Below, piece by piece: positions 14,024 to 28,057 of a stretch of 64,000 bases of DNA (position 1 is the first letter of the stretch; every line of letters starts with the position of its first letter). The stretch is from Lingula anatina (lineage: Eukaryota > Animalia > Brachiopoda). The translations under genes and the position numbers were made by a program. The stretch is taken from assembly GCA_051362555.1 (NCBI GenBank), contig CM120644.1, positions 14,902,534 through 14,966,533 on the forward strand, read 5' to 3'. The notes below the pieces were generated by a model. It had not been told where the DNA came from. It did not search any database and saw only the letters and a program-made list of their open reading frames with translations.

Positions 14024-16390
14024 CCCAGCGGGCACTCAACGTTGATTCAACATTGAGGATAGGTTGAGATGATATTGATCCATCAATATTGATAAATCAA
14101 CAAGATTTCAACATTGAATCAACCTTTTCTTGTCAACCAATTGTCAATGTTGATAGATCAACAGGGTCTCAACATTGATTTAACCTTTCTTTGTCAATCA
14201 ATTTTCAATGTTGATAAATCAACAGGATTTCAACATTGAATCAACCTTTTCTTGTCAACCAATTGTCAATGTTGATAGATCAACAGGGTCTCAACATTGA
14301 TTTTACCTTTCTTTGTCAATCAGTTTTCAATGTTGATAGATCAACAGGATTTCAACATTGAATCAACCTTTTCTTGTCAACCAATTGTCAATGTTGATAG
14401 ATCAACAGGGTCTCAAAGATTGATTTTACCTTTCTTTGTCAATCAGTTTTCAATGTTGATAGATCAACAGGATTTCAACATTGAATCAACCTGTGTTTGT
14501 AAACCCTTTGTCAATGTTGACATATCAACTATATCTCAACATTGGGCCAACCTTAACTTTATAACCTTAATCATAACCTTGATAATAGTTTTAAATGATT
14601 ATCTCACTAGAGAGGTATGCATAGGGGTAATTACCCCTCATAAAACGCTTGTTTTACCCCTTTTTCATTAAAATTAATTTTGTGAAAAAAGCGGTCGTCA
14701 GTTTTTTTTTTAACTTTCCACAGGTTATCTTTAAGAAAATGAAAAAAACATAGGGTCACCAGCCTTACTTTATGACAAATTGACAAAATTTTACTCAAGG
14801 TTGAAGAAAAAGCTTGAAAAAGCCAAAAATGCCTGTTTTTCTGGAAATTTAAGTTAGCTGTGAGAAAAAAATTAGACTGGTGACCCTTTGTTTTTGTATT
14901 CTTTAAATTATCTTAACTACCTGATGTGACGTTATAATTATTTTAGTAAAGCTAATTTGTTTAATTTTTATGAGTAATTACCGTATGTGCCTGCAAAATG
15001 AAGTGCGGGACTGTTATTAAGTGTGAGACTCCGGATAACATGAACTGATGCAACACGTGAGTGTGGACAGTGTGTAACACTTTTACAGTACAAAAACTGT
15101 ACTTTATTAACAGTACTTTGTGAGGCCACACTATCGGGAGGATCGTTCAACAGACAAGGACATGGAAAACGGTGACATTGCGTCTTCAAAACGCCACACT
15201 ATCAGGAGGATCGTTCAACAGATAAGGACATGGAAAACGGTGACATTGCGTCTTCAAAACCCCACACTATCAGGAGGAACGTTTAACAGAAAAGGACTCG
15301 TAAAACTGTGACATTGCGTCTTCAAAACTTAACTGTCTACGAATCTGTTAGAATTTAACTGTATTTGACAAATGTTAAAGTTTATGCAACATGATAGTAT
15401 TACATGTAGTTAGTGTATGTAGTGTATGTTCATTGTTTGTAATATATTATATTCATAGTTAAGTTAGTTGTTGCTTGTGTTTTTTTATGTTCGGGCAGTT
15501 TTGGTCCGTTACACTGAGCATCAAACTGGTCCCGGTCCCGGGGTCTGGACCCCCCCCCCTTTTCTTCCGAAATTACCTTTTTTTGTAGGTAATTTTCCTA
15601 ATTTCCCCCCTTTTCAGATCTGAGTCTTTTTATTTCAAGAAATGCTTGATCATGGAGAACACCTTCAGCCATCAGGCAAATTTCAATCAAATATCCTGAT
15701 AGCCTAATTGATATATCAACGTTAATTCAATTTTCAAATCCAACTTTATTTCAACATTGATTCAACATTGAGGTATCAATGTTGATTCAACATTGATACC
15801 TCAAGGTTGTTTCAACCTTGATGGTTCAAGGTTGATTCAACCTTGATGGTTCAACGTTGAGTCAACTTTCATAGTCAACGTCATATCAACATAGTTTCAA
15901 CATTGACCGTCAACGTTGATTCAACATTGATACGTCAAGGTTGATTCAACCTTGATGGTTCAACGTTGAGTCAACTTTCATAGTCAATGTCATATCAACA
16001 TAGTTTCAACGTTGACCGTCAACGTTGATTCAACATTGATACCTCAAGGTTGATTCAACCTTGATGGTTCAACGTTGAGTCAACTTTCATAGTCAACGTC
16101 ATATCAACATAGTTTCAACGTTGACCGTCAACGTTGATTCAACATTGATACGTCAAGGTTGATTCAACCTTGATGGTTCAACGTTGAGTCAACTTTCATA
16201 GTCAACGTCATATCAACATAGTTTCAACGTTGACCGTCAACGTTGATTCAACCTTGATACCTCAAGGTTGATTCAACCTTGATGGTTCAACGTTGAGTCA
16301 ACTTTCATAGTCAACGTCATATCAACATAGTTTCAACGTTGACCATCAACGTTGATTCAACATTGATTCAATGTTGATTTGCCCGCTGGG
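14024..16390. mobile_element. Non-autonomous EnSpm/CMC-like DNA transposon with subterminal tandem arrays
   Basis: Termini CCCAGCGGGCA...TGCCCGCTGGG, flanked by a TA duplication (14022-14023, 16391-16392). Tandem arrays of about 120-bp units rich in TCAACATTGA/TCAACGTTGA lie at about 14095-14520 and 15780-16375. Removing the element restores the host TIR. Confidence 0.85.
15124..15327. repeat. About 69-bp minisatellite, 3 copies, inside the EnSpm-like element
   Basis: ccacactatcaggaggatcgttcaacaga.aaggacatggaaaacggtgacattgcgtcttcaaaac repeated three times. Confidence 0.85.
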
Positions 16391-17980
16391 TAACTGTTTA
16401 TCTTCATGCACCGTGAAAATTGTTTGGCCACATCACATATTGAAGGAAAGAGCTTTTCTAAACGCTTTTATTCGTATCAGGTGGGGGACTAAATGCACAG
16501 TGCGTACCTTGACTCACTTTTGACCTTGTGTTGAATTACTTCCGTGTCATCATGATCGATAGTCATAATAATAAACATACATGTACATTGCGTAGCATAG
16601 TTAATGCAGCTTCCGTAAATAATGACATATATTCAACATTAACATAAAAATATTATACCACTAGCAATGAAAGAAGTTTTGAAAGTGGTTTTGAGTGTCC
16701 AAAATTAATGGCGATTTCTACTTACTTCTTCTTCCTTTTCTTTATCTGTTTGTCTTTTGGTTTACTCACAGAGGCTGAACGAGAAAAACGCACATATAGC
16801 ATGTACTCAGTCGCTAATGCTATCTGGTTTGAGTGATGTCTAACACTTTCTCGAAGCAAGTGTATAACTATTTGGCCCAATAAAGAGTATTAGCTGCCCA
16901 TTAAAATACTATTCATGTCACCTATGAGACGCCCGCTTTTAAATAAGGATTACATAACTGGATCGTCACGCTTTTCTTAACAGCTAGGTGAATTAATTGC
17001 ATTTAGAATGGCGCAGGCAGTACTTCCACATCTCATGCTCATTAAATACTATTTATATTCTTTTATATACAATAGTGTATGTGCACCAGTATCTTGCCTC
17101 CTACATGTATACCGACCGCTACGTATATACGGTGCATCTAATAACCAGAAAATGTCGACAGTCAAAAACAACAATATAAACAGAAGACAGTGCCACACTA
17201 CCCAAACACAAGGTATCGGCTTACAAGCACATCATTCCACTTTGCCACACAGCCCAATTTATCTGGACCAGCAGAGGAAGAACATGTCAGGCTTCGAAAT
17301 GAGAACCAGGTCACAAGACGATCTCTGGCGTTTTTTAGCCTCTAAAATCTACAGAAGAATACCAATTTATCTAATAAATAGGCAATCAACGGCGGTTTTC
17401 TTATGATGTTGTATTACATTTGTCATTACAGAAGATCTTAATAATAACCAAAAGCCAATTCTACGATCTCCATAACAAGAGTTCCACACTTTATCTTTTA
17501 CTACAGTACCCCTTTCATTATTTATTCAAGTTGCATTGTAAGGTCTATTGAACACATTTGTATTTTAGTCCCGGATTTATTATTATTATTTAATTACCGC
17601 AATTATCCTTGACATTTATCCTGTACATCACAGTTCATACATTTATAATTATTTTTAACATTTATTAATTGACTAGTTAACTAATAAATTACGTTCATAA
17701 AAACAAATATTAATAACGAGAATTGAGATATCTTGGTGGAGATCTGTGCTCTTTGAGTTTTTACCTCCCCCAAGGAGGTTATGTTTTTCGAGTTGTTTCT
17801 TGTTTAAGCCCGAGTGAGGAAACAAGATGTGTTACAATGAGATATAAGTATGTTCTTGTTAATTCGGGTTTCAATATGCAGTTGAATCTTTTTTCTGGTA
17901 ATTGAAAATTAACAGAAGAGCTAGATTTTGGATTTTATAAACAATACATGTAAGGAGCTTTTTCATCCTACCGGTAGTTG

Positions 17981-18079
17981 GTATGGTAGGATAACCGGTT
18001 ATAACGTAAGGGATTATTACTAATGCCATCTATGGTAGGATAACCGGTTATAACGTAAGGGATTATTACTAATGCCATC
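17981..18079. repeat. About 49-bp perfect tandem duplication
   Basis: tatggtaggataaccggttataacgtaagggattattactaatgccatc occurs twice in tandem. Confidence 0.85.
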
Positions 18080-19737
18080 GGTGGTAGATCGGTATAATCA
18101 TTTACGCATTAGTATTCAACAGATTACGGAAGTGTAATAAAAGAACACAATTTCACACTTCAGTCATTACAGGTACGTAAGGCAATTTTCGATGTTTTTC
18201 ATCTCCTTGCTTACACAGAAACGAGACTCGTTTACCCGCTACCAGGTTTTAATGCACCTTTTCATACATATGGAATGAATGTCCTTAAGTTATATAATTT
18301 TAATTCAAGTTTGGGCTCGAAATAGGACATTACAATGTAAAAACAGTGTTTAGCTCCTAAACACATTTCTAAGGGCCTGTTTTGTCTCTTTTTTTCAACG
18401 CGTTTAGTTGCTGAGCACGTTTAGCTCCTAAGTTACACGCGTTTAGCCTGTATGTGTTTAGCAATATGACACGTTTAACAATTAAATGCATGCATATAAG
18501 TAGGGTGTATGTGTTAAGCTATTAGGTGTCTAGGGTTTTAGCGGTTTAATATCTATACAGTAGCGGATTTAGAGGGGGGTGTCAGGGGTTTCTGAAAAAA
18601 AAAATCACAGTAATATTCCCCTCTTGAAATCAGAACTTTGACAAGCTGATTTATAGTAGTAAACCGTACCAAATGGTATCGTTCGCCCTCTAAAATACTA
18701 AAATTTTTCGGGGCCCTTAAGTGGGCACCGAACCCCAAGCCAACCCGAGAAGGGTGTGTCTTCGCATCCTCGGATCCCGTTCAAATAATCCTGGACCCGC
18801 CCCTCTCTCTATATCTAGCTATCTATCTATCTATATGTATAAAGTCGGCAGATTGCACGCCGCTATGACTGTACGTTTTGGGCAACTTAGCATAGGTACA
18901 TAGGGTTTTCTCTTATCTAATTGTATTGTTAAGGATAATACTTACAGTTAAATTAAGTGTCTGCAGCTAAGGCTGTCTGCATCTGATTTTGGGTGTCACG
19001 GAGAAATGTGATCTGGGCTTTTGCAAGCAACGGTCTAGTTATCTTTACTGCTGTGTGAATATGTAGGTAACGAATAATAAACTACCACAGACCCGCATCC
19101 GACATCACGGTTGTTTTATGTTGGGCCACATGACTAAAAGGCGAGCGCCTTTGTTAAGGAATCAATCATTATCTATGCGGGCTTTTTAGAGGAAAAATAA
19201 ACTCAATAAAAACAGCCATGACTGACTATCATAATATATATATATATATATATTAACCCTGCGCCAAAAGGAGTAGACATTCCCCAAGAGCAAATAAAAT
19301 AAAATAAAAGAAAGCCAATATATCAAAAAGAAACTAAAAAAGCATTCATAGAGCGGAGACCTCCGCTAAGACACCTGTACAGAATGGTTGTTATGCGTGA
19401 ACAACTAACTTTCTTCTGAACCTGAATTTATTAACGTCGCAAGACCTGGGCAGGGGTAATAAAATACAACAAACCAGATATAATGCATGATTTTTCCTTT
19501 ATAGCGCCATATATTAATTCACCAAACTTAAACTTGAACTCCGAACTTGAACACGTAAACACTTAATTCTCTTCTGAACCAGAATTTATTAACGTTGCAG
19601 GACCTGTGCGGGGGAAATAAAATACAACACAACACAGATATAATGCATGATCCTTGCTTTATAAAGTCATTTATTCTCCAAAGTAAACATGAAGCCACGG
19701 GTAAACACAATACGGACTTCAAAAAGTTTCCAGGCGG

Positions 19738-19858
19738 GGACTATCGAACAAACGGAAATTTTCTTTGAACAGTTGAGGACAGGCGATCGATGCTGACTAC
19801 AAGTTTCATTTGTTCTCCTGAACCTGAACTTTATTATAGGTCCATCCTGCTGGTGTAG
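19738..19858 (-). pseudogene. Isolated, decayed CYP20 exon-3 relic
   Basis: ctatcgaac..tctttgaacagttgagga..gatgctgactac..catttgttctcc..gaacttt..tataggtccat.ctgctggtgtag aligns to exon 3 of copies A-D with several indels. It is truncated where the Harbinger-like element starts at 19866. Confidence 0.85.
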
Positions 19859-19865
19859 GATCCTG

Positions 19866-20552
19866 GGGCCGGTTTCACAAAGCAGTAGTTAGTTAGAACA
19901 ACTAACTACTGAACTACCTCGCTAACAAGCAAACTTAGCGATTTTCGAGGGGTGTTTCACGAAGCAGTAGTTAACTCATCGCTAAGTTCAGTCGTAAAGT
20001 TCGGTCGTTAGTTCTCTCGCTACTCACCATAGTCTCGAAACCGTCTGCCGGAAGTGGAACTCTTGCGTAAAAGTGTCACGAAAGCACTAACTCTCCAATT
20101 TTTGGTGGCTGGAAATGCATAAGAACGTCTGCTTTGAGGTCGTCGTAAAGGATCTCCACCACCTTTTTGCCGCTCTTTTTGTCACAGCTAGGCGCAACCT
20201 CTCGTAAATTGCATCATCGTATGTATATTATAATAGATTCTGCCTTTCATGAAAACGTCGTAGTCTACGTTGCCGTCTGGCGGTACGGATAGCAAGAAAG
20301 GTAGCCGCCATATTGGATACAAAGACAAACGACAGACAACGGTAACTAAGCAACCTTTTTATTTCACTCATTACGCATGCGTACGATGAAACTCTAGAGT
20401 TAGCGACTGGTCTGACCAGTCGTTAAATATCCATGGTAACAACGAGACAATAACGAGCGAGAGAACTAGCGACTGCTTCGTGAAACGGCACTCTAACTAG
20501 CGAGAGGCTAACTACCAATCGCTAACTAACTACTGCTTTGTGAAACCGGCCC
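19866..20552. mobile_element. Non-autonomous PIF/Harbinger DNA transposon
   Basis: TIR gggccggtttcacaaagcagtagttagttag / ctaactaactactgctttgtgaaaccggccc, with a CTG (CWG) target duplication at 19863-19865 and 20553-20555, and subterminal inverted repeats. Confidence 0.9.
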
Positions 20553-21250
20553 CTGTATGGTATGTACAAGTATACCTGTATATTCTGCACTTCGTTAATT
20601 ATGCACAACTCAAATGCTTGTAAGATAAAATTTGCAAACAAACATGCTCTTGACTTTAAGCAACTATTCCCCATGAGCCTGAAGCATAGACAGTTTAATA
20701 ATAATAAAAAAACAATGCCAATTTTGAACTACCCTGTACATATTCCAGCAAGAGCAAGAGTTCATTCTGTGTAGCAAGGTGGAACACCAGTCGAATTCTG
20801 GTTGCATGGGCTTAGCGGCTGCTTGATACACGGATACATAATGATAGATAATGTTGGGCTTGGCTAATTGCCAGCTGATTGGAAAATTGAGTGCTTGGCT
20901 ATCAATTTGTTTTTTTGAAAAGACACTATAAAATTTCCTGTAAATGCCTCTACAACAACTGTAAGAAAACGACCGCCATATAAAAGCTTAAGCCTTAATT
21001 AATTATCTAAGCCGTCATTACCAATTTACTTCAACTTTACCATTTCGTCAGATATACTTGTAAAGAGAAAGTCGAATAAAACCTTGTTTTCTAGTAGTAC
21101 CATCACCCATGCTTTTTTTTCTACACACATTTGCCACCCTTACTTAATTCTAATTAAATAAAGAATAACGATAAATTCCCAGTTCGATTGTTTTTGGTCT
21201 AAGTGCGTGTCAAAGCAAAGTTTTGATTTTCAATTCACAGTTAAAATAAT

Positions 21251-22584
21251 CTACTCTTCTTTATTCTCATCGCATCTCGAAGTAAGCGTTAGCCAGACTT
21301 CGTCTTCGGGGGTAGTTACTAGACCATACATGGCCTTCACCCCCAAACCATTAACATGGTGAACCTGCAAAAGAGACAAAACTGTCGAAAAATATTGAAT
21401 GACCACTCGGAAGGATTCTGACATTTGTATGAAGGAATATATTAAAATTTTGCGAATTATGTGATTATACAATGTACGGTATATACCATGATCGATACCT
21501 ACTAGTAGAAACCTGACCCCGGTTTCGTTTTGCACAGCCATATTGAACTTGTACGTACCATGTTTTTAAGTTTCTTTTTGCTTCTATTACATTTATTTGT
21601 TACTATTATTAAGCCTTCAGCAAACACACCTGGAATTTCAGCAGAATGTTGGCCAGCACAGTGGTTACTTCAGCGTAAGCAAAACGGTATGCAGGACACT
21701 TCCGATTGCCGGCAAAACCAAACGGTTGAAAGGAATAGGGGTGACGTTCAGCCACTTTCTCTGGGCTGAAGCGATCTGGGTCAAACCTAAAAATTGGTGT
21801 TAAATTTAAAAAAAATTAACCATTATTTATTATTATTATTATTATTTTTATTATTCTGCCGTGGACTTAACAATGTCTGCTCCTTAGTTAAAAATGAACA
21901 CATGCCATAATTGCACTCACTTTTCGGGGTTTGGCCAGATTGATGGGTCACTGTATCCAACGCCCAAAGCCTGGATAATGGGGGTCTGGAAAACACATTC
22001 ATCTTAAAAAGCATACTGAGTTATACTGTTTGCCTATGCAAACAAGAGCGGCAGCTAGTAATCCCCATTTATGAGCATGTTGCACTTTTTTCATTGTTGT
22101 TAATCAGTTTTGATAAACTGAGTTGTCCACTCCATTCTACACAAATAAGTATAAAATGACTAACGGTGGATATACTTTCACGTTTAGCAATACCGAGTTG
22201 GTGCAACAAAGAATCAGCTATGTATTTTTGTTATTTTGTAATTAAGTTAAATTAAAACTGATGTCAAAGTGACACTCAAGAGATTATAAAATTTAAATAC
22301 GACTTGGGCCCTTGTTTTCTTTTTTCGGAGAGAGAAATACGAAAAAAAAACAAGAAACCTTCTTTGAAAAAATATTCAATGCATGGCATCAGAATGGAAT
22401 ATCTCTGAAATAGGACGTCATTCTACTTACCCCAGGCGGTATGACGTAACCTCCCAGTGTGACGTCTTTTTCTTCGTCATAACGGGCTGCGATTGGCGCA
22501 AGCACTGCCATGCGCAGCGTTTCTTCCATTACCTGACGAATGTAGCTACAAGAAGAACCAATAACATTCAATTAATACATATTA

Positions 22585-22645
<61 letters not shown>

Positions 22646-24576
22646 AAGTAATGCTAATGTCGATAGAAATATCTGATCGTTCAGGATGTAAAAGAGTGAT
22701 TTTTCGCAATTGTTTCATTTATTTTTATACATGTAAGTTTGAGGCACGATAGGATTATCCCTGCATTCTCTTAGTCTTGTCGCCCAGAGGACAAATAAAC
22801 CAAAAACAGGACAGAGAATAGGGATGGACCAGTCATCATACTTACACCAGCTGAGCAACGTCATCTGGAATCACTTTGCCCGTGTCATTTAACTTGTCTT
22901 TTACTTCTTGGTACATTTTATTTTGAATTTCAGGGTACATAGAGACGAAGTGGAGAGCCCAAACCAGCCCTTAAATTAAATAGATTTCAATTATATTTAT
23001 AATGTTGCCAAATTATCAAAATAATTCCAGGATAACGAGGGGTCGACTTCTTCATACACCATTATTCTGTTACGAAACTGAATCTTTGCCCAAACACGCA
23101 TCAATATATGACCAAAATAATTTACAAGCACCTTTGCTCTCTCAATAAGAGAGAAACCTATGGGCTTGGAATTTGCCTTTGTTTTGAAAAAAAGGAACTG
23201 ATATGTATATCGCAGTAAGCATGTCAATGTAAGTCTTCAACCTAATGATTAAACGAAATTAACCAATCATTTAGAATTTCATGAAGTCCAAAAGATAATG
23301 GATACGCACAATTCCCAATAGTATGGAATCCACCAATAATAAACGTCATAGCGTCACACTGCATGACGTCATCCGGAATACCGTTTTCAATCATGACGTC
23401 AACCAGCATTTGTCGATTCTCGATACTCGTATTATGTTTACGCCTGACTTCGATGACCGCCGCCAAAATGTCGTACATGTATTTTTTCGCTGTGAAGAAA
23501 ACAAAAACAAGCTTCCTAATGAGCAGAAAGAGGGCAATCTTCAAAAGTACTCCTAACTTCTGAATTTAGAAATTTTATGGTGTATGTCTAAAATTAATCT
23601 TGCCCCGGTGGTACTTTAGGCCTCAAATCTACACAAAGCTCAAAACTTATTTTAGATTAGATTCCAAATATGTAGGGTAGGAGGGTATTTCAGGACATTT
23701 CTGATGAGTGTTCGGAAAAAGGTAAGAATAATTTAATCTGACCTAAAGCCTGAGTGACTACAAACTTTTTCTCAATGGCTTTGGTAATAAATCTAAGAAG
23801 TAAATATATCAATCACAATTAATACACAATAAATTAATAAAAAAATATTGAGTATGAGAAAAGTGCCAGTGCATGTTGATAACATATTTTACCATCGTTG
23901 AACTTTTTCTCACGCTCACTCCCAGGATTTGGTTCATCTCCGCGTTGTCTTTTATCAAAATCGAACCAGCACTAAAACATATATGAAATTTTTATCATGT
24001 TGATATTCAAAAACTATATGTGCTTAAACTCCCAAAACGGTTGGTGACATCTAAGAAATCGTACAAAGTCTAGCATTGGTTTGTTAATTTTTCAGCAGTT
24101 ATACCAACAGCCATATGCAATCGTGTTGCTTATATTGTTCGAACCGTCAGGCACACAAACAAGCGCATGCAGGTTACCGTACAAAGATAAAGGAGCCAAA
24201 TCGAACACTTACTGTATCATATGCTTTCCAGAACTTGACGACCTGGTCTTCGTCTAGAATGTAATCTCCAAATGAATACTGGGTTATAGCTTTTATTGAG
24301 AGCAGAAACACCTCCTGGCGACAGGGAACGTGTTGACCACGTGGCAAACGTGACCATTTCTCAACCATTTCCTCGGCTAGCTTTGACGATAAAAACAAAT
24401 TGAGGATATTAAAGGGTGAAGGTATCCAGGGGTAAAGGTTATAAGAAAATGCTTTACAAGCTCTTGGGATATAAATTTAAGATCCAATTTGTTTTTTTTT
24501 TTGATTCACTATTGGGTATACATCTCTTTTCTTTTGACAATATTAAAATTCCCTTCTATTTATTTCCTTTAGAAAG

Positions 24577-24617
<41 letters not shown>

Positions 24618-27253
24618 TTGACATTTGTATTGAATGAATGTATATCGCCGTTTGCTGGATTATTGAAAAAATGTAACTTAAGCAAAACTATATATTTAAT
24701 TTTATTTTTGAGAATATCACTTAACTTAATGACTCTTCAAAAAATTGAAAAATAATAATTACCCTTTGGAATACGGGTATGTACTCCATTACGTATCTGT
24801 GACTGTAGCAGGGGTCGTATGTTTTCCTTTTCCATTTCCCCTCTTCCTTGTTTGTTACCTGAACAGATTTTCTGGTTATAAGGGGCACGAAGAGCTCAAA
24901 CAGAACCGCTAAAAGCCAAAGGTTATGAATCAATAAGTCCAAGGATTTATTGCGCGTGCGTGGTGTATTTAATGTGTGAATCGCTTAAATCAAGCGTTAT
25001 AATTCACGAAATAAAACAACGAAATGAAACCATTGAAATAATCAGTATATTTACAAAGTCTAAAAAAGCAGAATAGCATTTACTCACGGGGCCTATCGAA
25101 CATACTCGAAGTCTCTTTGAACAGTTCAGGAGAGGTGATGCTGACTACCATTTGTTCTCCAAACCAGAACTTTGCTATGGGTCCATACTGCTGATGTAGC
25201 CACAGCAGGAACTCATGAAGACTGCCATGTTTTTTGACCAGTTCTAAGTTCCCATGTCTGAAAAGAAAATACCAAAGCTTTATACAAACGACAACTTGTT
25301 TAATCTACTGTGATTGGTAGTCGAATCTACAGCCACATATAATATATCCAGAAGCGTTTAATTTGGAAAAAATTACTATCTTTGTTGAAGCGGGTATCAG
25401 ACGTTGCTTTAACTTTAATCAACAAATAAGCAGTAATATAGTACTTAAGTGGGCTCGCAACAATTATTATTGCATTTGATTTGATACGAGGTTAAGTATG
25501 TTGATTCGGGGTACGCATTCACAAACAGGCAGCGTGAAGCAACAAACGGCAATTATCGTTCATGAGGCCTGTTATTGGATCCTTATAGACTATAGATAAT
25601 GTTTCCAATAGGAAGTATTTGTTGTACAATCCTACAGGATTCCTAAAATCGTGTGGGAATGCAATAGGTCTCTTTCGTAAGGGCCCATGATCTGGGCCCA
25701 TGCAGTTTCGTCAACACCGGATAGTACTGTCCTAGGGATAACACTACTACTGCATAAAATTGTTATTAAATGTACCGAATAAACCAATGTATCACAAACA
25801 CTGCACACTTCTTTGACTCTGATATTGTTTTCCAGTGGTTGAAAATACATGCTGTCCTCAGGTAACAGTTCATAGGATAAGAATGTTATGCTGTGGATAT
25901 AGTGTTATCCATAAGATAGCACTATCCAGTGTTGATGAAACTGGCCCCCCCGGGAACATGTACTTACTTGATATCTTTGGTATTCAGTCCTGGAATATCG
26001 TTGCCGGAGTTGCTGCGGCCTAAGATCTGCAAATAAACACATATAAGACTTCGTGTCAGATGAAATTTCTACACCCCTTGTGATCAACCTTTTGTTGTCA
26101 ATAATAAAGCAAGCTAGTGTCAAACTATTCGTAGGGACCACTCCCACAGATACTTGGATCGATCTATCTCCCTGGGGAGTCTCACTAAATTGCTTTCAAC
26201 GTAACCGGCTTAAATGTTTGTCACCCTTAGTAATGCTGTTACTAGCTGATTCGGTAGGCATGACAGACATTTAAGCTTCTTGAGCTGACGGCAATTTAGC
26301 GTGAACCCCCAGGGAGTTAGGTCGATCCAGATGGATCGATATAAGCATGGGAGCCCAGTAATAGTGTCCTTATTATAATATCGGTGAATATAATCACTGA
26401 TTATTGTTGCGGACTTCGAAAAATGGCAGCCACTAGCTGCTAAATACATTTCTATGTTTGCGGAGTTGGAAAGATGCCAGCACGTTCACCGCTCACGACC
26501 TGCAATGTTAACATTATAGATAGATAGATAGATAGATAGGCAGATAGATAATTTATTCCAACGTGAGCAGAAAGTACACAGTATTTTTACAAGCTAAGAA
26601 TATACATGATAAATATACAATCAGTGTAACAAAAATAAATTGGTTGAATCAATATGACCTTAATATATGTTAATAAAATGATAACATAATGTTAGCATTA
26701 GGAAAATAAACTGGGACATAAAAGTATGCACCAGAAGGTGTACACCGTGCGATGTGCATTTATACCAGCATCAAGATATACAGACTCAACAACCTACATG
26801 TACATGTAGTGTATTAAAAATCCACTCCCAAATATCCGTATTCCATGGAATGCAAAGAAAAGTCTCCTAGTATTTTACATGAATACGATATGATTTTATG
26901 CTATATAGATAACCTTAAGTGTCAGTGTTTATGTTATTTTCATATTATTCTATTATTTTGCTTTCATAAATATCTTTGAATTTAGTACTATTGCTTATAA
27001 TCATCAAATCCATGATTCTTTTACTTGCTTTATAGTTGATATCATGACATGACTTGGAAGTATTATACCACACATATATATTCCTTTCTATATTTACTGA
27101 CTGCGCGACAATTGTTACAGCCATGGAATATAAATGAACGGCCTTGAATATATGTGCAGCTTCAAAAACATCCCTTACCTTCTTGTTAATCATCTGTAGT
27201 AGCACGAGTGTTACAGTGACTGCCAGTGCGACGCAGAGCAGTAGAAGATACAT
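21251..27253 (-). CDS. CYP20A1: CYP20-family cytochrome P450, copy B; intact, 12 coding exons, 483 aa
   Basis: Exons: 27253-27179, 26026-25968, 25257-25088, 24908-24763, 24380-24213, 23971-23893, 23489-23310, 22969-22846, 22545-22431, 21985-21921, 21786-21630, 21364-21251. 1452 nt in frame, ending in TAG. Motifs: GGFHTI, ETLR, FDPDRF, FGFAGNRKCPA. Confidence 0.93.
26134..26355. mobile_element. MITE in copy B intron 1
   Basis: Very similar to 37744-37989; palindromic; absent at the homologous position of copy C intron 1 (about 38295). Confidence 0.75.
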
Positions 27254-28057
27254 CTTTTTTTCATTAAATTTTTTGTTTGACAGCGTGCTGGGTCACCTTG
27301 GCATATACCTGCAGTAGATTAAGGTGACACGTAATTGTCAGAAAACTAGGCCACGCCATAATGAAAGCCCTTAATTGGCCTTACATTTGAGTAAGAATCA
27401 ATTAATCTAGACACATAAACTAATCCTGTGAAATAAGATAACAATTAACTTAACAAATAAAGAGCCACGTCGTGAATTAAGATAAAATGGTCAAATGTTA
27501 TCTATTAAAGGACCATATGGATAAAGAAAAAAGACAACCATGGACGTGACTTCGGAGGGTTCTGTAAGTTTTTTTTCATAGAATCTCAATTTTACAAATT
27601 CTTGGCCGGGAAATATATTTTTCTAGAGAGAATCCAATCAGATTTGCGACTAATTACTGTCTTAAACAAAGTAGAAATTAAATAAATGGATACAAATATG
27701 AATAAATAAATGAAAAAAGCGAAACGTGCAAATAGAGTTGTAACAAATGTCTATTCAAAGATAAACATATGTTCTTGTTTAAGATGTTAAAAAAAGACAC
27801 GGTGACAAATATGGATACCAAAAGTGATGCGAAATGCGTGTGAGTAAGCTATTTTTTATAGATGAAAAGAAATTTCAAAAAGATAAACGATTATATGTAA
27901 GTAATCTCCGCTGTTAATTTGGTTTCCAAATATTTATGAACAGGTCAAATAAAGTGCGTTTGTCAAATTCACTACCCTGTGATTAACATGTGCAAAAGAT
28001 TTTAATATTAAAACAATGTTAACAATACACGCTGTCATCATTCACTTCACGTTTTCT

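Larger units (their letters stand above)
8079..16431 (-). mobile_element. Long-TIR DNA transposon relic (Academ-like, tentative) containing nested insertions
   Basis: 8079-8222 is the reverse complement of 13919-14023 joined to 16391-16431, forming an imperfect TIR of about 145 bp whose right copy is split by the 14024-16390 element. Decayed coding exons lie at 13840-13476 (..RWETFRVAAKQW..CHYSCYRKLTNK..) and 9670-9541 (..SPKKLRS..VLPAICIICKK). Confidence 0.7.

Noticed and set aside
14095-16375. Regular repeats that superficially resemble a CRISPR array; also ORF 14297-14671
   Set aside because: The units are whole tandem copies with no unique spacers, no cas genes are present, the context is eukaryotic, and the arrays lie inside a TIR element. 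The ORF is a translation of the repeat.
17008-17406. 132-aa ORF
   Set aside because: No recognisable domain or splice context; probably repeat-derived or a chance ORF.
17730-17790. cttggtggagatctgtgctct / ttacctccccaaggaggttatgttttt, resembling a DINE/HINE tail-to-head junction
   Set aside because: Too short and degraded to delimit as a feature.
18558-18804. Possible hAT-like MITE (cagtagcggatttag...ctggacccgcccct)
   Set aside because: The TIRs are imperfect and no convincing target duplication was found.
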